From Candidatus Geothermincolia bacterium (GTDB taxonomy: Bacteria > Actinomycetota > Geothermincolia > Fen-727 > Anoxymicrobiaceae): a stretch of DNA of 64,000 bases. The notes under the pieces were generated by a model. The model was not told the DNA's origin and made no database searches. It worked only from the letters and a program-made list of their open reading frames with translations. Each line of letters starts with the position of its first letter. Position 1 is the first letter of the stretch. The DNA is taken from NCBI GenBank assembly GCA_038326775.1, contig JBBQKJ010000001.1, forward strand, positions 71,510-135,509. The letters run 5' to 3'. Below are positions 63,582-64,000 of this stretch, piece by piece. Position numbers and translations under genes: made by a program.

Positions 63582-64000
63582 ATGGAGGTCGCCGCATCCA
63601 CCCTCGTGCTCGGATACGGGGTGGTGCTGGACCGGGTGCTGCCCGATTTTAGCCACGTCCCGGCGAACCTTGCCGCGGCCGCGGCGGCGGTCTACCTCGC
63701 GAGCCTTGCCGGGGTCTCCCTGGAAGATATGGGCCTGGAGCGATCACGGCTCGCGCCGGGGCTGAAGGCCGGGCTTTGTTCAGTCGCTCCCATCGCGGCC
63801 GCCGTGGCGGTGGGCGTGGCCCTCCCGTGGAGCAGGCGCTTCTTCCTCGACGGCGACGTGGTGAACGCGAGCACCGGGCGCGCCCTCTACGAGATGCTCG
63901 TTCGCATACCCCTGGCGACTGCCCTCGCCGAGGAGCTGATATTCCGGGGTGCGCTGCTGGGGCTGTTCTTGCAGAGGCATGAGCCCCGTGCCGCGGTGGC
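63582..64000 (+). CDS. Partial CDS: CPBP-family (CAAX-type) intramembrane metalloprotease, N-terminal part, continuing beyond the window. Start could instead be the TTG at 63534, which overlaps the upstream stop.
   Basis: Hydrophobic helices and the CPBP motif-1 EELIFRG in-frame. Manual translation. Confidence 0.55.
   Translation, partial: MEVAASTLVLGYGVVLDRVLPDFSHVPANLAAAAAAVYLASLAGVSLEDMGLERSRLAPGLKAGLCSVAPIAAAVAVGVALPWSRRFFLDGDVVNASTGRALYEMLVRIPLATALAEELIFRGALLGLFLQRHEPRAAV

Noticed and set aside
142-64000. Many long minus-strand ORFs antisense to plus-strand genes, plus plus-strand alternate-frame ORFs, for example 142..618, 12942..13724, 13492..14322, 16165..17325, 22731..23732, 27462..28580, 29310..30647, 31824..32633, 45705..47075, 49661..50725, 53783..55732, 57346..58611, 62422..63597.
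   Set aside because: All overlap genes with strong family signatures on the other strand or frame. They lack RBS and motifs and show low-complexity R/A/G/P-rich translations expected from GC-rich antisense frames.

Overview
High-GC bacterial segment, probably from a monoderm anaerobe (Actinobacteria- or Chloroflexi-like), dominated by radical-enzyme catabolic genes. The centre is a locus of three tandem glycyl radical enzyme (GRE) paralogs plus one GRE-activating enzyme, with a divergent GntR-family regulator upstream and a TetR-family regulator downstream. On both sides of it is a duplicated module: a 2-hydroxyacyl-CoA dehydratase / benzoyl-CoA reductase (HAD/BCR) family subunit followed by a heteromeric pair of acyl-CoA dehydrogenase-like genes. 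The right-hand copy grows into a full HAD/BCR set: three HgdAB-like subunits, two HgdC-type ATPase activators, a CooC-type (CxC) metal-insertion ATPase, and several unannotatable helical proteins. Upstream are a heliorhodopsin, a FixC/FixX pair, an acyl-CoA ligase, a 4-hydroxybutyryl-CoA dehydratase (AbfD) family enzyme, amidohydrolases and an L,D-transpeptidase. Two tRNAs (Arg-TCT, His-GTG) sit next to short palindromic repeat elements; a MITE-like element with TIRs and a 5-bp TSD follows the L,D-transpeptidase stop. Downstream are a 1011-aa secreted beta-propeller protein with four C-terminal 102-aa tandem repeats, a DUF362 Fe-S protein, a TPP enzyme, and a decayed stretch with several gene remnants: an ADP-forming acyl-CoA synthetase with an internal deletion, a CrtI-like fragment, a truncated crcB, and a possibly frameshifted alpha/beta hydrolase. 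No CRISPR array or obvious defense system was seen. Most long minus-strand ORFs that overlap the plus-strand genes are high-GC artefacts.
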